NCBI GenBank assembly: GCA_963805945.1 | Contig: CAWDVP010000001.1 | Coordinates: forward strand, 320,001-384,000 | From: Vulcanimicrobiota bacterium | GTDB lineage: Bacteria > Vulcanimicrobiota > Vulcanimicrobiia > Eremiobacterales > Eremiobacteraceae | Reading direction: 5' to 3' | Length of the DNA: 64,000 nt | In this document: piece after piece, positions 55,303-64,000 of the stretch | Numbering within the stretch: position 1 is the stretch's first letter | How the letters are laid out: every line of letters starts with the position of its first letter | Program-made: the position numbers and the translations under genes | Notes under the pieces: generated by a model | The model's database searches: none | Told to the model about the DNA's origin: nothing | The model's input: only the letters and a program-made list of their open reading frames with translations

Positions 55303-56627
55303 TTACGATGGTGCTCGCAGCGCCTGCAGGATGTCGCTCGGCTTCGGCGGTTTGCCGTACATGAGCACGCCGACGCGATACAGCTTCCCGGCCATGAGCG
55401 TGAGCGCCCAGATGGCGACGAGCGACAGCGCGATCGCGAGACCGATCTGCCACGCTGGGACGTTCGACGTCGCGACCCTCGTGAACATCACCATCGGGCT
55501 GAGCAGCGGGATCATCGACGCCGCCACGACGATCGGCTTGTCGGGATCGTTGAGCGCGAAGATCGCGGCGAAATAGGAGATGATGACGGGGACCGTGCCG
55601 ACGGTGCTGACCTGCTGCACGTCTTCCGACCTGCTGCACATGGCGCCGATGCCGGCGAACAGCGCCGCATACGAGAAGAATCCCACATGAAGAATACCAG
55701 CAGATATGCGAACGTCGAAAGCGGGATGGCGCTCGTCATCGCCGCCTGGATGCCGGCCGCCGGAACGGCGGATCCTCCGGGCATGCTGGACTGCGCTGCC
55801 GCCGCTTGCTTCGCCAAGATTGACCGCGTCTGCGTGCGACAGCGTGCTTGCGATGACGAGGACGAGGACGATCGCCGCGCCCGCCGCGGCAAGCGCGAAG
55901 ATGACCATCTGCGTGAGCGCGAGCGCGCCGATACCGAAGATCTTGCCCGCCAGCAGTTGGGCCGGCCGCACGGCGCCGATCATCACTTCCATCACGCGAT
56001 TGGACTTCTCTTCGACGACGCCCTGAGCGACCTGGATGCCATACATGAGCGTGGCGACGTAGAGCAACACGATGAGCACGAGCACGAGCACGCCCGCGAG
56101 CGTCTCCTCGCCTTCGGTCTTATACCGCTCGTTGAGCGCCACGGTCGAGAACTTGAAGTCGATCGCGCGCTTGGCTGACGCGGCCGCATCGCCGGAAAGA
56201 TCCGCGTTGACCACGACGGGGATCAGCCGCGAGCGCAGCGCGCCGGTCTTCTCGAGCAGGTTCGCCTGGCGCGGATAGAACGTGAACGCGAGACCGTCGT
56301 GCGTGCGGTACGCGACGAGCGCGCCATCATACTTCTTCGCCTTGACCTGATCCGCGATGTTCGTCAGGGAGCGCTGCGCCGTTGGACGGCGTCTTGGAGA
56401 TCGTCACGTCATACGACGTGCCGATGGCGCCGCTGATCGCGCGCGCCACCATCTTGATCCGGCGCGAGGACGATGATCCTCGAGGCGCCGCCAAGACATT
56501 GGCGAGCAGCGGCATGAACGCGAGCACGAACATGCCGGCGACCACCAATAGCGTGCCGATGAGGAAGCTGCGGCTCTTGATGCGCTCGACGTACTCGCGC
56601 TTGATGATGATGCCGGTCGATGCTCAC
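55303..56627 (-). CDS. ABC-2/NatB-like permease (multiple frameshifts)
   Basis: IIKREY...KSRSFLIGT, GVVEEKSNRVMEV, LLAGKIFG, YAALFAGIGA, IPLLSPMVMFTR, YRVGVLMYG. Confidence 0.88.
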
Positions 56628-57526
56628 GCCGCGCTCTCCTCGGCCTGGACGTAATGCAGGTAGATGTCGTTGAGGCTCGGCTCGACGATCTCGAAATGAT
56701 CAACCGGGCCGGCGGCGATGGCGGCCCGCAGCAGCTCGGCGGGCGCGACCTCGGGCGGCGCCTTGATGTTGACGAAGCCCTCGTCCGACGGCCGCACGCT
56801 CGTGTTGGGAAAGCGGCTCACAAACCCGAGGTCTGCGATCGCGCTCATGCGGATGAAGCGATCCGGCCACTGCGCTTTTATCTGCGCGAGGTTGCCGCTC
56901 ACCACCGCGTGCGCCCGATCGATGATGCAGATGTCGCGGGTGAGCTCCTCCACCTGCTCCATGCGATGGCTGGACAGCACCACCGCCGTACCGCTGCGCT
57001 CCAGATCGCGGATGGCGCCCTTGAGGATCTCGACGTTGATCGGGTCGAAGCCCGAGAACGGCTCGTCGAGCACGAGCACCGGCGGGCGGTGGACGACCGC
57101 GGCGATGAACTGCACCTTTTGCTGATTGCCCTTCGAGAGCTCGGCCGGCTTCTTGCCGAGGTTGTCGCTGAGCTTGAACGATTCGGCCAGCTCGGCGATG
57201 CGCGCTTTGGCATCCGCCTGGGGCATCCCGTGCAGCTGCGCGAAATACAGGAGTTGATCGGCGATCTTCATCTGCGGATACAGGCCGCGCTCTTCCGGGA
57301 GATAGCCGAACGTGTGGCGGATGTCCGCGTTGACGACCGTGCCGCGCCAGCGCACCTGCCCGCTGTCCGGCTGCAGGATGTCGAGCGCCATGCGGATGGT
57401 CGTCGTCTTGCCGGCGCCGTTGGGGCCGAGCAATCCGAACACCGCGCCGGGCTGTGCGGTGAACGAGAGGTCATCGACCGCTTTCAAAGTGCCGAACGAT
57501 TTCGAGACGTGTTGGACCTCGAGCAA
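56624..57526 (-). CDS. ABC transporter ATP-binding protein (NatA/YhaQ-like)
   Basis: GPNGAGKTT, GYLPEERGLY, LSKGNQQKVQ, LDEPFSGFDP, EPSLNDIY. Confidence 0.95.
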   Translation of the reverse strand: MLEVQHVSKSFGTLKAVDDLSFTAQPGAVFGLLGPNGAGKTTTIRMALDILQPDSGQVRWRGTVVNADIRHTFGYLPEERGLYPQMKIADQLLYFAQLHGMPQADAKARIAELAESFKLSDNLGKKPAELSKGNQQKVQFIAAVVHRPPVLVLDEPFSGFDPINVEILKGAIRDLERSGTAVVLSSHRMEQVEELTRDICIIDRAHAVVSGNLAQIKAQWPDRFIRMSAIADLGFVSRFPNTSVRPSDEGFVNIKAPPEVAPAELLRAAIAAGPVDHFEIVEPSLNDIYLHYVQAEESAA

Positions 57527-57543
57527 ACGCTTAGACCTCCGAA

Positions 57544-57568
57544 GGCCGATCTAAAGATCGGCCCTTAC
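57544..57568 (-). repeat. REP-like palindrome family B copy
   Basis: Minus strand GTAAGGGCCGATCTTTAGATCGGCC, downstream of rlmN. Confidence 0.8.
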
Positions 57569-57573
57569 ATGCG

Positions 57574-58677
57574 CTATGATGCGCGGGCTTTGTCGACCCG
57601 CAGTTGGCCGCAGGCCGCCGCGATATCGGCGCCCATCGTGTGACGGATCGTGCTCGGCACGCCCCGCTCGCGCAGGATCGTCTGGAAGCGGCGCATCGCC
57701 GCGACCGGCGAACTGCCGTACGGCGCGTCCGTCGCGTTGTACGGGATCAGGTTGACGTGGTGCAGCGGACCACCGAGCAGATCGGCGAGCTGGCGCGCGT
57801 CGTCCGGCGAGTCGTTGATGCCGTTGAGCATGATGTATTCATAGAACACCTTGCGATGCGTCTTCGCGACGTACTCGTTGGTGGCATGCATGAGCGTCTC
57901 GATCGGCCACTTCTTGTTGATGGGCATGAGCTTAGTGCGCAGCACGTCGTCGGCCGCGTGCAGCGAGATCGCCAGGTTCACCTGGATGCCCTGGCCGGTG
58001 AAACGCTCGATGCCCGGCACGACGCCGGCGGTGGAGATGGTCATGTGGCGCGCGCCGAGGTTGAAGCCCGCGGCGTCGTTGAGCAGCGTCACCGCGTCCA
58101 TCACCTGATCGTAGTTGAGGAACGGCTCGCCCATGCCCATGAACACGATGTTCGTGAGGTCACGCCCTTCGGCGCGCGCCCTTCGGGCGACGTCGACCGC
58201 CTGGTCGAAGATCTCGAGCGCCCGCAGGTTGCGAAAGAAACCGCCCTGACCGGTGGCGCAGAAGTCGCACTTGAGCGCACAGCCGGCTTGCGATGAGATG
58301 CAGGCGGTCGTGCGTCCGCCGCGGTGGCGCATGAGGACCGCTTCGACCTCTTTGCCGTCGGCGAGAGCGAAGAGCAGTTTGGTCGTCTGACCATCGCCTG
58401 ATGTCGCCTCGTGGACGAGCGAAAGCGTGGAGAGCTTGACGGTTTCCGCCAGCCGGCCGCGCAACGCAGCCGGCAGCACGCTCATCGCCTCGAACGACGG
58501 CGCGAGCTCTTTGGTCGCGGCGCGATAGATCTGCGCCAGCCGGTAGCGCTGCAGCTCGTAGGCGGTCGCAAGCGCCTCGGCGCTGTCGATGCCGGCAGCC
58601 TTCGCGCGACCCTCCCACCACAGCTCCTGCGGTGTTGGAGCGGTCGAATTCATTCGACCGTTTGCGTCTTTCATCAC
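57574..58677 (-). CDS. rlmN: 23S rRNA A2503/tRNA A37 C2 methyltransferase (radical SAM)
   Basis: CISSQAGCALKCDFC, FMGMGEP, LAISLHA, VNLIPYN, DIAAACGQL. Confidence 0.96.
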   Translation of the reverse strand: MMKDANGRMNSTAPTPQELWWEGRAKAAGIDSAEALATAYELQRYRLAQIYRAATKELAPSFEAMSVLPAALRGRLAETVKLSTLSLVHEATSGDGQTTKLLFALADGKEVEAVLMRHRGGRTTACISSQAGCALKCDFCATGQGGFFRNLRALEIFDQAVDVARRARAEGRDLTNIVFMGMGEPFLNYDQVMDAVTLLNDAAGFNLGARHMTISTAGVVPGIERFTGQGIQVNLAISLHAADDVLRTKLMPINKKWPIETLMHATNEYVAKTHRKVFYEYIMLNGINDSPDDARQLADLLGGPLHHVNLIPYNATDAPYGSSPVAAMRRFQTILRERGVPSTIRHTMGADIAAACGQLRVDKARAS

Positions 58678-58748
58678 TCTTCTATTCCGCCGAACAGCGT
58701 TGGCGGTTCTGGATCTTCACGGCGGTCGAATGAATTCGACCGCTCCAT
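58635..58748. repeat. Inverted doublet of family A REPs (58635-58660 + and 58723-58748 -)
   Basis: 25 of 26 nt complementary, 62-nt spacer containing the udg stop and rlmN start. Confidence 0.9.
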
Positions 58749-59375
58749 CTCCTGTGGGGGCGGCGGCGAGGCGAGCTCGTCGAGCTTGCGCCGCACCGCC
58801 TGGAGGTCGGCCCACACCAGCTTCTTCACCGCCGTCATGTTGCCGCCGGTCTGCCGCAAGATGTACGCAGGATGGAAGGTCACGGTGAGGTCGGCGCCAT
58901 TGGGGCCACGATGCCACATCCCCCGCTGGCGCGTGATCGAGAAGGCAGGCCCGAGGAACGATTTGGCGGCCGGCGCGCCGAGCGCGAGGATGATCGCGGG
59001 CCGCACGATCTCGAGCTCACGGTCGAGATACTCCCGGCAGTTCGCCATCTCTTCCTGCATCGGCGCGCGGTTCGCGATGCGGCCGCCGAGCTCCACGCTC
59101 GCGCGGCATTTGATGGTGTTGGTGATGAAGACGTCCTCGCGCCGCAAATCGATCGCCGCGAGCATCTTGGTGAGCAGTTCGCCGGCTCGTCCGACGAACG
59201 GCTCGCCGCGCGCGTCTTCGCTCTCGCCCGGGCCTTCGCCGACGATCACCAGTCGCGCGTGCGGGTCGCCGACACCGCACACCACCTTGGTCCGCGTCGA
59301 GCCGATCGCGCAGCGCCGGCACGCGTCGACCGTCGCGTGCAGCGCATCGAGCGCGATGCGACGATCCGAATCCAT
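58674..59375 (-). CDS. udg: Uracil-DNA glycosylase family 4 (Fe-S)
   Basis: CRRC, VGEGPGESED..GEPFVGRAG, NTIKCR, TFHPAYILR. Confidence 0.93.
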   Translation of the reverse strand: MDSDRRIALDALHATVDACRRCAIGSTRTKVVCGVGDPHARLVIVGEGPGESEDARGEPFVGRAGELLTKMLAAIDLRREDVFITNTIKCRASVELGGRIANRAPMQEEMANCREYLDRELEIVRPAIILALGAPAAKSFLGPAFSITRQRGMWHRGPNGADLTVTFHPAYILRQTGGNMTAVKKLVWADLQAVRRKLDELASPPPPQEMERSNSFDRREDPEPPTLFGGIEE

Positions 59376-60288
59376 CAGCCCCGCGCCACCCAGCTGAGAA
59401 ACGCCGCCCGCAGCGCGACGACGACGCCCGCGAGCAGCGCGGCGTAGACGACATAGCGCCCGACGAGCGCGGCCGACAGCGTATAGTGCCATAGACGTCC
59501 GTGATGTTTGATCCAGTAGAGCCGCCGGCTGCGCTGCCGCCAGTTCAGCACGCCGAGCTTGCCCCAGCGCTTCTGGCTGCCGCCTTGCTCCGACTTGTGC
59601 ATCGCGACGCACTGCGGCAAGAAGACGACGCGCGCGCCGCGCTCGTCGGAGCCGGTGCGCGAAGTCGATCTCCTCGTGATACAGGAAGAAACGCTCGTCG
59701 AAGCCGCCGAGCTCCGCGAAGACGCCTGCGCGGATGAACATCGCCGCGCCGACCACGAGGTCGACGTCGCGCTCGCTCGCGTAGTCGAAATCGCGCAGCG
59801 CGTAGCCGTTCGACTGCGCGCGGAACATCGGCCATTCGCCCCAGGCGGAGCTGCGCAAGAACGCCTGCCACCAGGTGTCGAACTCGCCGCACGACGGCGT
59901 CAGCTTGCCTTCTTCATCGAGCAGTTTGACGCCGGCCATGGCGACGTCGGGATGCGCGGCGAAGTAGTCCACCGCATTGCGGAGCAGGCCCGGCATGGCG
60001 CGCGCATCGGGGTTGAAGAAGAATAGCAGCGGCGCATGGGCCGCGCGCGCGCCGATGTTGCAGGCCTTGGCGAAGCCGTAGTTCTCGCCGTTCTCGAGGA
60101 TCGTCGCCGCGGGGAACACCGCGCGGGCGCGCGCGACGCTGTCGTCGGCCGAGCCGTTGTCCGAGACGACGATCTGCGCGAACTGGGGATCGCCCGCGAT
60201 CTCGGGCAGCGCCGCGAGCGAGCGCAAACAGCCTTCCAGCTCGTCGGCCGCGTTGTAGCTCACGATGATGACGCACACTTCTGGGCAT
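59375..60288 (-). CDS. Glycosyltransferase family 2 (WbbL-like), frameshifts ~59640 and ~60283
   Basis: VIIVSYN, SDNGSAD, NYGFAKACN, FFNPD, GGFDERFFLYHEEID; C-terminus in ORF 59375..59620. Confidence 0.9.
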
Positions 60289-60356
60289 TCAGGCGTTGTT
60301 CTGCAAAAAAAACGAGCGTCTTGCAGACGCTCGTCGGAATGGTCCCGTTTCTTTAG

Positions 60357-60608
60357 CTACGGCGCCGCCGGAACCGCCTCCGGCTCCATGGCTGGAAGCG
60401 CGTTGAGCGCATCCAGGATCATGGCTAGCGGGATGCCGTAGCCTTCGCTCACCTGCTCGATGGTCTCGAACTCCGAGATCGCGCAGTGGGCGCATCCGCC
60501 GAGGTGAAAATTGGCGAACACCGCTCTCGCACCAGGGTGGAGAGCGAATGCTTCGCCGACGGTCAGGTCTTGGTTGAATCTAGGACTGTCTGTACTGACG
60601 GCGACCAC
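60357..60608 (-). CDS. DUF1858-like small CxxC redox protein
   Basis: DLTVGEAFALHPGARAVF..FHLGGCAHC..SEFETIEQ...YGI. Confidence 0.75.
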   Translation of the reverse strand: MVAVSTDSPRFNQDLTVGEAFALHPGARAVFANFHLGGCAHCAISEFETIEQVSEGYGIPLAMILDALNALPAMEPEAVPAAP

Positions 60609-60709
60609 CCCCTTCTCCCGTCGTGTGCCGCGTATCGTCTCTGTGTGCGGCATCCGCGGGTTGATACAAAAGCAGTATTCGGGGCGCCTTTTGCGCGAAC
60701 CTCTCGCGC

Positions 60710-61817
60710 ATGGCGACGACACCGGACGACCAGCGCGCCCACGGCGGTCTGGGCTTCGACTGGATCATGACCGTCTTGAGCGGCTTCATGGTCGGCGGGC
60801 TCTACATCGACGGCTGGGCGCACAACCACCTGCCCGACTATCGAGACCTTCTTCACGCCCTGGCACGCGATCTTCTGCACCAGTTTCGCGCTGCTGGCGT
60901 TCATCTTCGCGTGGTATGTCGTCGCCGGGCTTCGCGCCGCGCCCGGAGCGGTCGAATCTATTCGACCGTTGGTCGCCGCGATCCCGCAGGGCTACGAATG
61001 GTCGGCGATCGGCGTCGCGCTCTTCGCGCTCGCAGGCGTCGGCGACATGCTCTGGCATATACGCTTCGGCATCGAGCACGACACCGAGGCGCTGCTCAGC
61101 CCCACCCATCTCGGCCTTGCCACCGGCATGGCGCTCATCATGCTCGGGCCGTTTCGCGCGGCCGTCGCGCGCGGCGCGAACGCCGCGGGCGCCGCGCTGT
61201 GGCCCGCGGTGCTCTCGCTCACCTTGCTCTACTCGGGTCTGACCTTCATCACGCAGTTCGCGCCCGCGATGGCCACCTGGGGCGTGGGGCCGATGCCGCA
61301 CGGCGACCTGGCGGAGCTTCGGCTCGACCGCTCGGTGACGGCGCAATTGCTCGATGCGGCGCTGCTGTCCGGCGTCGTCGTGCTGCTGGTGCGCCAATGG
61401 GGCGCGCGTTTGCCGTTCGGCGCGATCACCGCGTTGCTGCTCGGCAATTCGCTGCTCATGGAGACGCAGCAGGGCGGCTCGGAGCAGCTGCTCGGCATCG
61501 CGTTCGCCGGTCTGCTGAGCGATGCGCTCATCTGGTGGCTGCGGCCGTCGGCGCAGCGCATCGCGCAGTTCCGCTGGGTGGCGTTCGCCGTGCCGTGCCT
61601 CTACTTCGCGGCCCACTACGTCACGTACGCGATGCGCGGATACCCGGTCTACTATAAGATACACATCTGGGCGGGCCTGCCGGTCATCGCGGGTCTGGTC
61701 GGGCTCTTGCGAGCTTTCTCGCCGTTACGGGCCCGCGTTCTTCGCCGTCCGCCGCGCCTGCAGATACGCCAGCATGAACTGGTCGAGGTCGCCATCGAGC
61801 ACGCGCTGCGAGTCTGA
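60710..61817 (+). CDS. Polytopic membrane protein (frameshifts ~60845, ~60970; true end uncertain)
   Basis: GLYIDGWAHNH, FFTPWH, GDMLWHIRFGIE..EALLSPTHL His-containing TM repeats. Confidence 0.72.
60945..60968 (+). repeat. REP-like palindrome family A copy inside the membrane protein gene
   Basis: GGAGCGGTCGAATCTATTCGACCG, read as ERSNLFDR in a loop between TM helices. Confidence 0.85.
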
Positions 61818-62838
61818 GATCTTCACCTCGGTGCGGTGATCGTTCACCATCGTGTACGGCTGCAGCGTGTACGATCTGATCTGAGAGCCCCATTCGATCG
61901 CGCTCTTGAACCCGGTGAGCTGGGCGAGCTTCGCCGCTTGCTCCTCACGTCTCCGCTGCGCGAGCTTCGCCACCAGCATCTTCATCGCGCGATTGCGGTT
62001 GGCGAGCTGCGAGCGTTCGTTCTGCACCGCGACGATGATGCCCGACTGCTTGTGGGTGATACGGATGGCGCTTTCGGTCTTGTTCACGTACTGGCCGCCC
62101 GCGCCGCCGCTCTTGTACGTCTCGATGACGATCTCGTCGGGCTTGATCTCGACCGCCTCGTCGCCTTCTTCGATGTCCGGCGTCACGTCGACCGAGGCGA
62201 AGGACGTATGGCGGCGTTTGGCGGCGTCGTACGGTGAGATGCGCACGAGCCGGTGCACGCCGCGCTCGCTCTCGAGATAGCCATAGGCGTCGCGCCCCTC
62301 GACGACGATGGTCGCGCTCTTGATGCCCGCCTCCTCGCCTTCGAGGCTGTCGACGATCTCCGCGCGATAGCCGCGCCGCTCCGCCCAGCGCAGGTACATG
62401 CGCAGCAGCATCTCAGCCCAATCGCAGGCCTCGGTGCCTCCGGCGCCTGCATGGATCGTGAGGATCGCGCTGTGATGGTCGAATTCGCCGTCGAGGATCG
62501 CGGTGGTCTCTGCCGCGTCGAGATCGGCGCGCAGCTTGTCGAGCGCGCCGGCGATCTCCGCTTCGAGACCCGGATCCTCGTCGTCGAGCGCTGCGTATTC
62601 TTGCAACTCGTGCGCTGCGCTCTCAAGCCGATGCAGCGGCTCGATCTCGCCCTTGAGATCGGAGAGCTGCTTCATGTGTTTTTGCGCCGCCTGCGCATCG
62701 CTCCAGAACTCGCCGGCGTGCGATTGGGTCTCGAGCTCGGCTACCTGGGCCTGCTTGCGGGCATAGTCAAAGCCGCACCTGGAGGGTCTTCAGGCGGTCA
62801 GTGATGCGTTCGAGGTCGATGCGCAATTGATCGTTCAC
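61725..62838 (-). CDS. prfB: Peptide chain release factor 2 with programmed +1 frameshift at 62766-62772
   Basis: GTG start 62838, 23 codons then CTT TGA C with AGGTG just upstream; GVHRLVRISPY, GGAGGQ, WGSQIRSY. Confidence 0.97.
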
Positions 62839-62936
62839 GTAGCGATATTTCCACATCGCGGCCTTGGAACCATACGTCCTGAGGGCCTTTGGCCTTGCGC
62901 TGGCCGTTTGGATGACTTATCATCATATGGCCGGAG

Positions 62937-63884
62937 GTGAGCTCGGTGAGACGGATTTCGACATTTTTCGCTATTATCGCGTTGGCGGTGCTGCCGCTGA
63001 CCCTCATGGGCGCGGCCACGTCGCCCCAAATACAGGTGCCCAAGGGCGCCGCCATCATCTATAACCCCGGAAACGGCGATTACACCGGTTTTCTCATCCT
63101 GGTGGACCACAACGGTCGGGCCTGGGCAGCGGACGGCGCTGGCCGGGGCTTTGGTCAATTGCAGCCGGCGCTCACGCAAATGCTGTTCACCGATCTCGCC
63201 GCGGCGGGACCCGCCCGGCTCCCGGTCCGCGTCTGCGCATCGACGCAGCCCGACCTCGCGGGCACCTCGATCTGGGTCAATGCGCCGAACGCCGCCAGTG
63301 CGGGTCGCGCACCGAGCCTTGAATGCGGATCCGATGCGCACAGCGAGAAGGTCGTCGCAGATACGTCGCTCATCCAGCATGCGCTCTACGTGCACGCGTA
63401 TCGCATCCGCAGGGCCCCAGAGCTGTATGCCGGGACCGCGAGCAGTTACGCCGGGAACGGCAGCGGCGGCAGCTACGCGCGTCAAGGCTCGTCTGCTGCG
63501 CCGACTTTCGGCTACGGCTTCTACGGCGACTCAGGCCTTGCGGGGGGGTTCAACGGCGGCGGTTACGGCAGTTTCAACAACACCAGCTTCGGCAATGGCC
63601 TCAACGCCAGCGGCAATTTCAACAGCACCAGCTTCGGTAGCGGCCTCAACGCCAGCGGCAATTTCAACAGCACCAGCTTCGGTAGCGGCCTCAACGCCAG
63701 CGGCAATTTCAACAACACCAGCTTCGGCAGCGGCCTCAACGCCAGCGGCAATTTCAACAGCACCAGCTTCGGTAGCGGCCTCAACGCCAGCGGCAATTTC
63801 AACAGCACCAGCTTCGGTAACGGCCTCAATAACGCCAGCAGCGGTCTTAGCATCGGCAGCGGTCTTAGCGGCCGCGCCCAATAG
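62937..63884 (+). CDS. Secreted protein with C-terminal 15-aa Asn/Ser/Gly/Phe tandem repeats
   Basis: Signal peptide, small domain with two Cys, then repeats of FNSTSFGSGLNASGN. Confidence 0.75.
   Translation: MSSVRRISTFFAIIALAVLPLTLMGAATSPQIQVPKGAAIIYNPGNGDYTGFLILVDHNGRAWAADGAGRGFGQLQPALTQMLFTDLAAAGPARLPVRVCASTQPDLAGTSIWVNAPNAASAGRAPSLECGSDAHSEKVVADTSLIQHALYVHAYRIRRAPELYAGTASSYAGNGSGGSYARQGSSAAPTFGYGFYGDSGLAGGFNGGGYGSFNNTSFGNGLNASGNFNSTSFGSGLNASGNFNSTSFGSGLNASGNFNNTSFGSGLNASGNFNSTSFGSGLNASGNFNSTSFGNGLNNASSGLSIGSGLSGRAQ
63573..63840 (+). repeat. 45-bp coding tandem repeat, five full copies plus one variant
   Basis: TTCAACAGCACCAGCTTCGGTAGCGGCCTCAACGCCAGCGGCAAT units starting at 63573, 63618, 63663, 63708, 63753 and 63798. 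Confidence 0.95.
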
Positions 63885-64000
63885 GCGGGAGCTTCTTAGA
63901 CTTCTACTTTGTCGATTTCGGCGAAGAACGTTTTGCGCTCGGCAACTGACGCCACATCCCGCCAGATGTCGCGTGATCTTTCATAAGCCACTTATTCCGC

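Noticed and set aside
58674..60278. Glycosyltransferase-uracil DNA glycosylase fusion
   Set aside because: The GT C-terminus is in another frame (59375..59620) and udg has its own ATG overlapping the GT stop; indel near 59640.
63573..63840. Possible CRISPR array
   Set aside because: Head-to-tail 45-bp units with no unique spacers, in frame within a CDS, and no cas genes.
63895..64000. 3' end of a minus-strand CDS (...ERKTFFAEIDKVEV stop)
   Set aside because: Too short, with an in-frame stop near the window edge; cannot be supported.

Overview
GC-rich bacterial chromosomal segment with mostly minus-strand housekeeping genes. The gene content and the lineage-type hypotheticals suggest Ca. Eremiobacterota/Vulcanimicrobiota or a related Terrabacteria lineage (inference only). 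Core blocks: prfB (with its programmed +1 frameshift), GT2-udg-rlmN, an ABC-2 exporter, glyQS-ppdK-dgt-dnaG-rpoD, modABC, secDF-CDF...apt-relA-dtd-alr-like, rpsF-ssb-rpsR-rplI-dnaB, tRNA-Thr(CGT), metY, two peptide-binding lipoproteins, ltaE, DUF885 and capA. About 13 genes, including essential glyQS, carry single-base frameshifts best explained as assembly indels, and these create several false fusion ORFs. Most notable observations: (1) a compact, highly divergent, translationally coupled flagellar-type T3SS export cluster (orf, flg rod/hook-like, fliM-like, fliN, fliP, fliQ, fliR, flhB, flhA) running into secDF with no fliF/G/H/I in the window; (2) two REP-like palindrome families (8 and 3 copies), one repeatedly embedded in protein-coding frames and forming an inverted doublet around the udg/rlmN junction; (3) an alanine-racemase-like gene with altered active-site motifs coupled to dtd; (4) PPDK with a Lys/Ala-rich N-terminal tail; (5) an islet with a clostripain-like protease and a DUF1778/GNAT toxin-antitoxin pair; (6) a secreted protein with 15-aa Asn/Ser/Gly tandem repeats. 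No CRISPR array, transposase, integrase, reverse transcriptase or rRNA was seen.
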